A stretch of 46,040 nucleotides of DNA from Octopus sinensis (lineage: Eukaryota), in NCBI RefSeq assembly GCF_006345805.1, contig NW_021835126.1, forward strand, positions 1-46,040, in the 5' to 3' direction. Shown here piece after piece: positions 1-10,825 of the stretch. The number at the start of each line of letters is the position of its first letter. Position 1 is the stretch's first letter. The notes under the pieces are model-generated. The model searched no databases and was not told where the DNA came from. It saw nothing but the letters and a program-made list of their open reading frames with translations. The translations under genes and the position numbers were made by a program.

Positions 1-463
1 AAAAGAAAGAAAAACAACAAAAGATACAAGCGTTAAAGTCGTTCCCACACCTTAAGGAGAATATTCACCGTCTCTGTCATCTCATGGTGTCTTCGCTCTC
101 AGGCTCAGTAAGCAGGAACAGCTCTAGTCCAGTTAAGAAATCACGTATATAAGCGCAGGATTGACTGTGTGGTAATTCACGCGTATTGATATCTGTGAAT
201 GTGTATAGATGTATACAAGTGTGAGTCTGTGTCTGTTTGTGTATGTGTATGTTTGTGTGCGCTCACGCGTCTCTGTGTGCACGCATGTGCAAAATGTAAC
301 CGTCTTGAAACTGTTAAACTCTAATAAAAATGAACAAACGACCTTCGTATCTCCTAAAATATCATGCTAACATAATTCGTTCACATTTATGGGTGCCAAG
401 TTGATATTACTAAGATATTCCAGTGCCTTCATGCATGCATACATAAGCCAGTACTTACTACTG

Positions 464-495
<32 letters not shown>

Positions 496-612
496 TATAT
501 ATATAATACATATATATATATATATATATACATATGTATATTATATATATGTACATATGTATATCTGTATATATAATATATACATATATATATATATAAC
601 AATATATATATA

Positions 613-652
<40 letters not shown>

Positions 653-831
653 TGTATATATATATACAAAATACATATATATATATATTATATATATATA
701 TGTATGTATGTATGTATGTAAGTTTATATACAATACATTATATATATATAAGGTGGTGGTATTAAGTTAGACATGGCTTCGACCATTCTTTGATCGAAAC
801 ATATCTAAGTTTAAGGCATTGTCTCTGGCTC
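1..831. repeat. Dispersed duplication, copy 1 (copy 2 at 8701-9480)
   Basis: Near-identical text, from aagaaagaaaaacaacaaaagatacaagcg to gcattgtctctggctctg, at both loci. Differences are mostly 1-bp indels and (TA)n length. Confidence 0.95.
464..750. repeat. Imperfect (TA)n microsatellite
   Basis: Direct reading. Confidence 0.95.
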
Positions 832-870
832 TGCTAGTATGTTGTTAAAGTTTCAGCCAGCTTTCAGCCA

Positions 871-3800
871 ATTTTCGAAAAATTTTCCGGTAAAATATTC
901 GGTGAAAATTTTCGAAAACCTTTTGAGTAAAATTTTCGTGGAAAATTTTGAAAATTTTCGAAAAATTTTTGGGGAAAATTTTCGAAAAAGTTTTGAGGAA
1001 AATTTTCGAAAAATTCTTGGGGAAAAATTTTCGAAAAATTTTTGGGTTAAATTTTCGGAAAATTTTTGGGGAAAATTTGCGAAAAATTTTGGGTAAAATT
1101 TTCGAAAAATTTTGGGAAAATTTCCGGTAAAAATTTTGGAAAAATTTTTGGGAAAAATTTTCGAAAAATCAGAAAGCCAGCGGTGCCAAAATCACAAAGT
1201 ATGGAAGGCCGGCGGGGCCAAAATCTTAAAGTATGGAAGACGAGCGGTGCCAAAATCATAAATTATGGGAGGCAGCGGTGCCAAAATCAAAAGTATGGAA
1301 GGCCATCGGTGCCCAAATCCAAAAGTACGGAAGGCCAGCGGTGCCAAATCACAAAGTATGGAAGGCCAGGGGTGCCAAAATCGGTGAAGAATTTTGGTCA
1401 AAATTTTCGAAAAATTTGGGGAAAGTTTCCAGTGAAAATTTTCGAAAAACCATATAACGAATATGCTCTATAAACGTCGCCATCGTCATAGGTGTTAAGT
1501 GTAAAGCAGAATTTGGTGTATCATGGATGATGAGGTATCTTGACTGTAACCCAAAAATCACTCCATATATACACAGAAAGCAGCAGCAGCAGCCACCTAG
1601 AGATCTATTGTTAGCCATAACAAATCTATTTTTAGCTCGGGGAAAATTTCAAAAAATTCTTGAGGAAAATTTTCGGTGGTGTGAAATTTTCAAAAGATTT
1701 CTGGTGAAAATTCAAAAAATTTTTGGGTAAAATTTTCGGTGAACATTTTCGATAAATTTTTGGGGAAAATTTTTGGAGAAAATTTCTGTGAAAATTTTCG
1801 GGAAATTTTTGAGTAAAATTTCTTTGAAAATTTTCGAAAAATTTTTGGGTAAAATTTTCGGGGAAAATTTTCGAGAAATTTTGGGTAAAATTTTCGTAAA
1901 ATTTTCGGCACTCTTTCTGTAAAATTTTCGGAAAAGGTTTGAGCAAAGTTTCGTTCAAAATTTTCGAAAATTTTCGGTAAAAATTCGGTGAAAAGTTTCA
2001 AAAAATTTTTAGTGAAAATTTTCGGTAAAAATTTTCGGAAAATTTAAGCGAAAATTGCGATGAAATTTTCGAAAGGTTTCGGTGAAAAATTTTCGAAAAA
2101 TTTTTGGGTAAAATTTTCGGAAAAATTTTGAGGAAAATTTCCGTCAAAGTTTCGAAAAATTTTTGTGAAAATTCCCGAAAAATATTTCGGTAAAATTTGA
2201 GGTCAAAATTTTTGAAAAAATTTTCGGGAAAACTTTCGAAAAACATTTGGGGAAAATTTTCGGTGAAAATTTACGTAAAATTTTTGGGGAAAATTTTGGA
2301 AAAACTTTTTCGGAAAAATATTCGAAAAATTACAAAGCCAGCGGAGCCAAATCGAAAAGTATGAAGGCCGGCGGGGCCAAAATCTTAAAGTATGGTAGAC
2401 GAGCGGTGCCAAAATCATAAAGTATGGAAGGCCAGCGTTCCAAATTAAAAAGAAGGAAGGACAGCGGTGCCGAATCAAAAAGTATGGATGGCCAGCGGTG
2501 CCAAAATCAAACAGTATGGAAGGCCAGGGAAGCAAAATCGGTGAAGAAATTTTGGTGAAAGTTTTCTGTGAAAATTTTCGAAAAATTTTTGGGGAAAATT
2601 TTTCGTGAAAATTTTCGAAAAATTTTTTGGTAAAATTTTCAGTGAAAATTTTCGAAAAAATTTTAGGAAAATTTTCGGCAAAAATTTCTAAAAATTTTTG
2701 CGTAAAATTTTCGGTGAAAATTTAGGAAAACTTTTTGGGAAAATTTTCGAAAAACATTTGGGGAAAATTTCCGTGAAAATTTTTAGTAAAATTTTGGGTA
2801 AATTTTCGGCATTAATTTTCGAAAAATTTTTGGGTAATATTTTCGAAAAGCCTTTGGGGAAAATTTTAGTTGAAAATTTTCGTAAAATTTTTGGGTAAAA
2901 TTTTCTATGAAAATTTTCGGTAAATTTTCAGTTAAATTTGGGTAAAATTTTCGGTGAAAATTTTCGTAAAATTTTTCGGCAAAATTTTCAAAAAATTGTT
3001 GTGTAAAATTTTCGGAAAATTTCTGAGTAAAATTTTCATTGAAAATTCACGAAAAATTTGTTGGTAAAATATTCGGTGAAAATTTACGAAAAATTTTGGA
3101 GAAAATTTTCGAAAAACCTTTCCGAAAATTTTCGGTGAAAATTTTCGTAAAATTTTTGGGAAAATTTTCGACAAAAATTTCCAGAAATTTTTCGAGAAAA
3201 TTTGCGATGAAAAGTTTCGAAAAATTTTGGGGGAAAATTTTCGAAAAACCTTTCGGGAAAATTTTCGGTGAAAATTTTCGTAAAATTTTTGGGGAAAATT
3301 TTCGACAAAAATTTCCAGAAATTTTTCGAGAAAATTTCCGATGAAAAGTTTCGAAAAATTTTGGGGGAAAATTTACGGCGAAAATTTTCGAAAAATTTTT
3401 GGGTAAAATTTTCGGTGAAAATTATCGAAAAATCATATAACGAATATGCTAAGGTCTATAAACGTCGACATCGTCATAGATGTTAAGTGTTAAGCAGAAT
3501 CTGGTGTATTTGAGCAACAATTTTGAGCAACAATTTTTCGAAAATTTTGCCGAAAATTTGACCCCAAAATTTTTCGAAAATATGTGTTTGTGTTCCTTCT
3601 TTTTCTCTTTAACTCTTCACGTGTTTCAGTTATTTTCTGGGTAAAATTTTAGGTGAAAATTTTCGAAAGATTTTTGGTGAAAATATTCGAAAAATTTTTG
3701 GGTAAAATTTTCGGTGAAAATTTTCGAAAAATCATATAACGAATATGCTAAGGTCTATAAACGTCGACATCGTCATAGATGTTAAGTGTTAAGCAGAATC

Positions 3801-4928
3801 TGGTGTATCGTGTATGATGAAGCATCTTGATTCTAGTAGTAAGCCAGAATTCACTCTATATATACACAGAAAGCAGCAGCAGCAGACGCCACCTAAAAAT
3901 CTATTTTTAGCCATAACATTAATCTATTTTTAGGTCAGAGAAAATTTTCGAAAAATTTTCCGGTAAAATATTCGGTGAAAATTTTCGAAAGACTTTTGAG
4001 TAAAATTTTCGTGGAAATTTTCGAAAAATTTTTGGGTAAAATATTCGGTGAAAATTTTCGAAAAATTTTGGGGTAAAATATTCGGTGAAAATTTTCGAAA
4101 AATTTTGGGGAAAATTTTCGAAAAAGTTTTGGGGAAAATTTTCGAAAAATTCTTGGGGAAAATTTTCGAAAAATTTTTGGGTAAAATTTTCGGAAAATTT
4201 TTGGGAAAATTTGCGTAAAATTTTTGGGAAAATTTTCGAAAAATTTTTGGGTAAAATTTCCGGTAACATTTTTGGAAAAATTTTTTGAAAAATTTTCGAA
4301 AAATCAGAAAGCCAGCGGTGCCAAAATCACAAAGTATGGAAGGCCGGCGTGGCCAAAATCTTAAAGTATGAAGGCCAGCGGTGCCCAAATCACAAACTAT
4401 GGAAGGCCAGTGGTGCCCAAATCACAAAGTATGGAAGGCCAGCGGTGCCAAAATCAAAAAGTATGGAAGGCCAGCGGTGCCCAAATCACAAACTATGGAA
4501 GGCCAGTGGTGCCCAAATCACAAAGTATGGAAGGCCAGGGGGGCAAAAATCGGTGAAGAATTTTTGTTCAAAATTTTTCGAAAAATTTTGGGGAAAGTTT
4601 TCTGTGAAAATTTTCGAAAAATTTTTTGGTTAAATTTTCAAAAAATTTTTAGGAAAATTTTCGGCAAAAATTTCTAAAAATTTTTGCGTAAAATTTTCGG
4701 TGAAAATTTAGGAAAACTTTTTTGGGAAAATTTTCGAAAAACATTTGGGGAAAATTTTCCGTGAAAATTTTTAGTAAAATTTTTGGGGTAAATTTTCGGC
4801 ATAAATTTTCAAAAAATTTTTGGGTAAAATTTTCGAAAAGCCTTTGGGGAAAATTTTAGGTGAAAATTTTCGTTAAATTTTGGGGTAAAATTTTCTATGA
4901 AAATTTTCGGTAAATTTTTGAGTAAAAT
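871..4928 (+). repeat. A-tract satellite (GAAAATTTTC / TTTTGGGGAAAA variants, ~11-12 bp period) with higher-order structure
   Basis: Hundreds of AAAATTTT units. Block 3941-4300 re-uses 871-1170, and 4550-4928 re-uses 2535-2935. A unique spacer (catataacgaatatgct...) recurs at ~1451, ~3434 and ~3733. Confidence 0.95.
1168..1385 (+). repeat. 29-30 bp GC-richer minisatellite (AAAGTATGGAAGGCCAGCGGTGCCAAAATC), about 7 units; further arrays at ~2332-2540, ~4303-4552 and ~9765-9988
   Basis: Tandem units read directly; the KYGRPAVPKS repeats in the ORF track are their translation. Confidence 0.92.
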
Positions 4929-4946
4929 TATTTTTTATTTTAACTA

Positions 4947-4987
4947 GTTTCAGCTCACGAGCTGTGGCCATGCTGGGGCACCGCCAT
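4947..4987 (-). mobile_element. 3' fragment of SINE family A
   Basis: gtttcag...tgtggccatgctggggcaccgcc is the reverse complement of the 3' end of the 5554-5956 element. Confidence 0.6.
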
Positions 4988-5138
4988 TCATCTTTATCTG
5001 TCTGTCTACTTATTTATTTATCCACACACACACACACAAACACACACACACATATATATAAAAATATAATTAATATAAACAGCAGCTTGCAATATTTCAC
5101 CAAAAAGGAGAATTAGAAATATCACTAAATGTGACTAG

Positions 5139-5553
5139 GGTGTTAGGAAATACCTACATTGCTAGAAATAAGAGCTAAATCACTCTAATGTTGTTGTTAA
5201 CGCACATGAATAAAAACATACACTAACATGGACCAAAGTACCGATCGATTGCATACTGATGTTTATATTAATTGTATATATACACAGTGAATCGCTACAT
5301 CAAACAATGATTTGGATGACGAAATCGTAAATACTAATAGGCGTATCTAAAAAGAGCCGAACAATCGAGCGGTCTTGACTGATGAGGCAACGGAAATCAC
5401 TGAAACTGACGCGTCATTATTATGAATTTTCAATCAGCCCTTTTCAGATGATTATGGTCCCTGTTACTGTATATGTTTTAATTCCTGTGCGTTAACTACA
5501 GCATTATAGCGGTTTAGCCCTTATTTCTAGCAAGGTAGGTGTTTCCTAACACC
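5139..5553. repeat. ~97 bp imperfect inverted repeat (5139-5235 / 5455-5553) around a ~220 bp spacer; foldback/MITE or Penelope inverted pseudo-LTR relic
   Basis: Left arm ggtgttaggaaatacctacattgctagaaataagagctaaat... matches the reverse complement of the right arm ...tttagcccttatttctagcaaggtaggtgtttcctaacacc. Confidence 0.85.
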
Positions 5554-5951
5554 GGCGCGGGAGTGGCTGTGTAGTAAGTAGCTTGTTTACCAACCACATG
5601 GTTCCGGGTTCAGTCCCACTGCGTGGCACCTTGGGCAAGTGTTTTCTACTTTAGCCTCGGGCCAACCAAAGCCTTGTGAGTGGGTTTGGTAGACGGAAAC
5701 TGAAAGAAGCCCGTCGTATATATGTATATATATATGTATGTGCGTGTATGTTTGTGTGTCTGTGTTTGTTCCCCTAGCATTGCTTGACAACCGATGCTGG
5801 TGTGTTTATGTCCCCGTCACTTAGCGGTTCGGCAAAAGAGACCGATAGAATAAGTACTGGGCTTACAAAGAATAAGTCCCGGGGTCGAGTTGCTCGATTA
5901 AAGGCGGTGCTCCAGCATGGCCGCAGTCAAAATGACTGAAACAGATAAAAA

Positions 5952-5956
<5 letters not shown>
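5554..5956 (+). mobile_element. tRNA-derived SINE family A (CORE-like, octopus OR-type), full length
   Basis: A-box-like TGGCTGTGTAGT, B-box-like GGTTCAGTCCC, CORE-like CCTTGGGCAAGT, internal (TA)/(TG) tract, A-rich tail; several other copies in the window. Confidence 0.85.
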
Positions 5957-5985
<29 letters not shown>

Positions 5986-6145
5986 CTCTTTACCTGCTGG
6001 TGACTGTGTTTGTATGCCCATTTATATTTCATTCACACATTTCTTTTAAAACTATCCATCCGTATCCCATGTGTTTATTTTAAAATGAATATTCCTAGTT
6101 ATAATTTCAAGAGTTGTCGGTATCAACTTAGGCTGTGTATTGTCA

Positions 6146-7243
6146 TGCTGCGGACGGGCTCCGGTGCGGGTCGATTTGAAGTGGGGCCGGTTCCGGGCGG
6201 AAGAGGAAGAGGAGAAGGCGAAGAAGGCCAGCGACTAGGTCGGCAGACGAGAGGGGCAGCGGCGATTGGCGCGGGCCCGCTGCAGCTTTTAGACTCGCCC
6301 GGCGCCCTACGCGTCGGTGGTCGTCGTCGCTTCCTCCACCCGATCCTTTCGAAACGGCTGCGACGAACTGCGTCCGGACTGCGGTCAACGAGCGAGTGCC
6401 ATGACGGTGGTCGCCACGAAAACGACGCGCGCCAAGGCGGGGTGATACCGGGAAGGGAAAAAAAAGCTGCAGAAACGCTAGCGAAACCCGGAGTTGAAGC
6501 CACGGTTCTGTCCAGGGAAGAAGGGAGACACGGCACCGCTCTCTTTCGGAGACGCCGCGTCGCCTGTGGCGGAACGGGAAGCGACGGGCCCGGTCGAGAA
6601 GAGCGCGTGGATCCCACCGACCGCCGCTTGCGCGGCGGCGACGGGGCTCTCGTCTGCGACCTGCGGACGCCGCGCGCCTACCGGCCCGACGGGAATCGGG
6701 TCGCGACGACGGATCGGAGGGGAAGTGCGTCCGATGCCGGCGCCCCGGGAATCGAACGCCGACGAGACGGCAGACGACCGCCCGCGGAACGAGCGGCCGC
6801 CACCGGCGCGTTCGTCGACGACGACGGCGCCTCGGCGTGAAGCAGCGGACTGAGTCCCCTCGCGATCGCGGTGAGCGGTCCTACCCGTTTACCCCTGGGC
6901 GGTTTCACGGTCTCTTGAACTCTCTCTCCAAAGTTCTTTTCAACTTTCCCTCGCGGTACTTGTCGGCTATCGGACTCGTCCCCGTATTTAGCCTTGGATG
7001 GAGCTTACCACCCGCTTTGGGCTGCGTTCCCAAGCAACCCGACTCTCGGGCCGATGAACACCGCCGATCGCCGCCGGCTCCGAATGGGCCTGGCACCCGC
7101 TCTGGGCAGCCCCGATCGAGGGGACTCCGAACCTAGCCGGGCGAAACGATCGACCGTGTACGACTCTTGCGCCACAGCTCTCGACGACCGGCGCGGCCGA
7201 CGAGATTCGGCGTTGGGCTTCTCCCGGTTCACTCGCCGTTACT
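6146..7243 (-). rRNA. 28S rRNA: Isolated 28S (LSU) rDNA fragment covering the 5' conserved region, D1 and part of a long D2 expansion; probably a non-functional orphon
   Basis: Minus strand has universal LSU motifs AGTAACGGCGAGTGAA, GAGTCGGGTTGCTTGGGAACGCAGCCCAAAGCGGGTGGTAA and ACAAGTACCGCGAGGGAAAGTTGAAAAGAACTTTG. Abrupt GC-rich island with no ITS2/5.8S and no downstream LSU core. Left boundary is approximate. Confidence 0.93.
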
Positions 7244-7391
7244 TAGTTATTCTTAAGTGACAACTTACGTAAAATTTGCACGACGGAGAATTCTCGTCAT
7301 ATGTACGCAATATTTACCCATTTAACGATTAAATATACACTGAATATATATATTTGCAGCTCGGTATAACAGTGGAGTGAATCACTGATAT

Positions 7392-7394
7392 TCA

Positions 7395-7451
<57 letters not shown>

Positions 7452-7807
7452 GCTGAAGTTGTCTGTGTGTGTTGTGGCAGGTTTGGTAGCCTTCAACTAA
7501 CACTATCTCTTCGGAGACCCTGCGGCGCAAGTTAACCAAAATTGAAACATGATAGAAGGCTTGCTCTTTATTCTTTATTTAATCAGACCATGTTAAGACC
7601 AAAAATTACTTACATCACAAAGGTGCTTTTTTTTCTATGAAAATCCCTTTTCTTTTACGGTTTTTTGACTGCTGTGTCGCCATTTTGCGCTGTATTTCAA
7701 CCAGAAAAATGTTCGCTTAAAGAGAATAATAAGCTTACTTTTCAAATTTCCAACTCTAAAGGGACGAAAAGAAAACAAACCCGAGCAACGCTGGGCTATA
7801 CTGCTAG
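7392..7807 (+). mobile_element. Non-autonomous Helitron, copy 1
   Basis: 3' hairpin CCCGAGCAACGCTGGG (7780-7795) lies 8 nt before CTAG|T. The 5' region is TC-AGTATATAT...GTCTGTGTGT; the 5' boundary is uncertain. Confidence 0.7.
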
Positions 7808-7872
<65 letters not shown>

Positions 7873-7929
7873 ATATATATATATATATATGTATATTATA
7901 TATATTATACATATATATACACACGCATA

Positions 7930-7997
<68 letters not shown>

Positions 7998-8015
7998 TTT
8001 CATAGATATATATAC
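7808..8015. repeat. (TA)n microsatellite
   Basis: Direct reading. Confidence 0.95.
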
Positions 8016-8562
8016 ATTTTATTCCAGTTAGCTTACATGCGTTTCCCATAAATTCGGAGAAAGAGTTCCTAACACAAACTTTGTTGAAAACATGTTTCCA
8101 CTAACTAAACAGACAAGGAATTGTAGGTTGTTTTGGAGAAAACGTTAAACGTGTCTACAAGAAGCGAACACAAGGTGAATCCGTACTAGAAGAAAAAATA
8201 TGAAATGTTACCAAACTTCTAAGATGAAAACTAAAACGTGTAAGAGATTTCCCCTCTTCCTATCACTATATCTCTCTTCCTCTCCTTCTTCTCTCCACTT
8301 TTAAGGATAATGAAAATAGAAAAATCGATCGTATTTAAGCCTCATTTATAGTTTTAATTTTAATCTTAAAATTTAATACTAATTTTAACTTTAGATGACT
8401 CTGAGAGTTTCCTCTCCTTGCCTCCTTGCCTCTATCTCTTTTTCCTTAAAAGAGAGGGCAATAACAAAACGAAACGCAACTGAATAGGAAAATCGATCGT
8501 ATTTAATTCTTAAACCTTCCAAATGTAGACTAAAGAATTTCATATTTCCAAGGTATATTATA

Positions 8563-8589
8563 CTGACGAGTCCAGAATAATGGGCGAAA
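8563..8589 (+). ncRNA. Hammerhead ribozyme core plus stem II (stems I/III not intact)
   Basis: CUGACGA-GUCCA-gaauaa-UGGGC-GAAA. Confidence 0.45.
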
Positions 8590-8700
8590 TGGCACAATCA
8601 ACAAGTACTAAAACTATAGGGATATTCCAATAAATGAAATTATGAAAATATGGAAACACCATATATTTTTTCACTCATAGGAAAAAGACCGCTCAAGATA

Positions 8701-9162
8701 AAGAAAGAAAAACAACAAAAGATACAAGCGTTAAAGTCGTTCCCACACCTAAGGAGAATATTCACCGTCTCTGTCATCTCATTGTGTCATTCGCTCTCAG
8801 GCTCAGTAAGCAGGAACAGCTCTAGTCCCAGTTAAGAAATCACGTATATAAGCGCAGGATTGACTGTGTGGTAATTCACGCGTATTGATATCTGTGAATG
8901 TGTATAGATGTATACAAGTGTGAGTCTGTGTCTGTTTGTGTATGTGTATGTTTGTGTGCGCTCACGCGTCTGTGTGCACGCACGCATGTGCAAAATGTAA
9001 CCGTCTTGAAACTGTTAAACTCTAATAAAACTGAACAAACGACCTTCGTATCTCCTAAATTATTCATGCTAACATAATTCGTTCACATTTATTGGGTGCC
9101 AAGTTGATATTACTAAGATATTCCAGTGCCTTCATGCATGCATACATAAGCAGTACTTACTG

Positions 9163-9230
<68 letters not shown>

Positions 9231-9335
9231 TATATATATACATACATATATATATATATATTATATATATATAAATATATAATATATATATATATATGTA
9301 TATATATATACAAATATACATATATATATATATTA

Positions 9336-9367
<32 letters not shown>

Positions 9368-9480
9368 AGTTTATATACAATACATTATATATATATCAGG
9401 TGGAGGTATTAAGTTAGACATGGCTTGGACCATTCTTTGATCGAAACATATCTAAGTTTCAGGCATTGTCTCTGGCTCTG
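8701..9480. repeat. Dispersed duplication, copy 2 of 1-831
   Basis: Near-identical to the window start. Confidence 0.95.
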
Positions 9481-10131
9481 TTTCAAAAAATTTTTAGGGA
9501 AAATTTTCGGTGAAAATTTTCGGAAAATTTTAAGCGAAAATTTGCGATGAAAATTTTTGAAAAATTTTTGTGTAAAATTTTCGGAAAAATTTTGGGGAAA
9601 ATTTCCGTCAAAGTTTTTAAAAATTTTTGTGAAAATTCCCGAAAAATATTTTGGTAAAATTTGAGGTGAAAATTTTCGAAAAAAATTTTGGAAAAACTTT
9701 CGAAAAACCTTTGGGGAAAATTTTCGGTGAAAATTTACGTAAAATTTTTAGGGAAAATTTTGGAAAAGTATGGAAGGCCGGCGGGGCCAAAATCTTAAAG
9801 TATGGAAGACGAGCGGTGCCAAAATCATAAAGTATGGAAGGCCAGCGGTGCCAAAATCAAAAAGTATGGAAAACGAGCGGTGCCAAAAATCAAAAAGTAT
9901 GGAAGGCCAGCGGTGCCAAAATCAAAAAGTATGGAAGGCCAGCTGTGCCAAAATCACAAGTATGGAAGGCCAGGGGGCCCAAAATCGGTGAAGAAATTTT
10001 GGTGAAAATTTTCGAAAAATTTTTGGTAAAATTTTCAGTAAAAAGTTTCGAAAAATTTTGGAGAAAATTTTTGGTGAAAATTTTCGAAAAATTTTTGGTA
10101 AAATTTTCAGTAAAAAGTTTCGAAAAATTTT
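9481..10131 (+). repeat. A-tract satellite plus 30-mer minisatellite, second block
   Basis: 9481-9765 is colinear with 1996-2300; 30-mer array at ~9765-9988. Confidence 0.92.
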
Positions 10132-10250
10132 TTTTGATCTCCATGTGTCTAACACACGTGGACATGCCTACAAAATCAGAAAAAAACACAGCTCCCATGA
10201 CTTTCGGAAACATTTTTCACGCTCAGAGTTGCTGAAACATGGATTAAACT
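10132..10250 (+). mobile_element. CR1/L2-type LINE ORF2 C-terminal fragment
   Basis: Translates FDLHVSNTRGHAYKIRKKHSSHDFRKHF..LRVAETW; homologous to 21818-22190 (minus). Confidence 0.7.
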
Positions 10251-10339
10251 GTACGCAATATTTACCCTTTTAACGATTAAATATACACTGAATGTATATA
10301 TTTGCTACTCGGAGTAACGGTGGAGTGAATCACTGATAT

Positions 10340-10731
10340 TCAGTATATATATATATAAATAAAGCTGAAGTTGTCTGTGTGTGTGTGGCAGGTTTGGCAG
10401 CCTTCAACTAACACTATATCTTCGGAGACCCTGCGGCGCAGGTTAACCAAAATTGAAAGCATGATAGAAGAAGGCTTGCTCTTTATTCCGTAGAAGAAAA
10501 AATTCAAATCAGACCATGTTTAGACCAAAAATTACTTACATCAAAAAGATGCTTTTTTTCTACGAAAATCCCCATATTTTACGGCTTTTCGACTGCTGTG
10601 TCGCCATTTTGCGGTGTATTTCAACCAGAAAAATATTCACTTAAAGAGAATAATAAGCTTACTTTTCAAAAATTCCAATTCTAAGGGTCGAAAAGAAAAC
10701 AAACCCGAGCAACGCTGGGCTATACTGCTAG
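10340..10731 (+). mobile_element. Non-autonomous Helitron, copy 2
   Basis: Closely similar to 7392-7807; same hairpin and CTAG|T end. Confidence 0.7.
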
Positions 10732-10764
<33 letters not shown>

Positions 10765-10825
10765 ACTTAAAGATGCAACAGAGGTAGAATCAACAAAAAA
10801 GTACTCCAGTGAGAGATTAAATATC

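Noticed and set aside
389-733. YIYI/CVCV/THTH-rich ORFs here and throughout the window
   Set aside because: Translations of (TA)n, (CA)n and (TATG)n microsatellites
960-1150. TTTTGGGG motifs as telomeric repeats
   Set aside because: Not tandem, embedded in AAAATTTT units, and not the TTAGGG expected for a mollusc
1168-1385. 30-bp repeats as a CRISPR array
   Set aside because: Units are contiguous with no unique spacers, no cas genes, eukaryotic context
1590-1605. GCCACCTAGAG as a CTCF-like site in the satellite spacer
   Set aside because: Partial match only and not conserved in the 3888 copy
839-4677. KIF/ENF-rich and KYGRPAVPKS-repeat ORFs (also 9770-10213 and 38432-40422)
   Set aside because: Satellite translations; unit lengths vary by 1 bp and break the frame constantly
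5554-5630. tRNA gene at this and other A/B-box heads (e.g. 14040-14110)
   Set aside because: No full cloverleaf; the heads continue into multi-copy SINE bodies
6010-7260. Long GC-rich ORFs (276 aa, 164 aa and others)
   Set aside because: They overlie 28S rDNA; stop-poor only because of GC content
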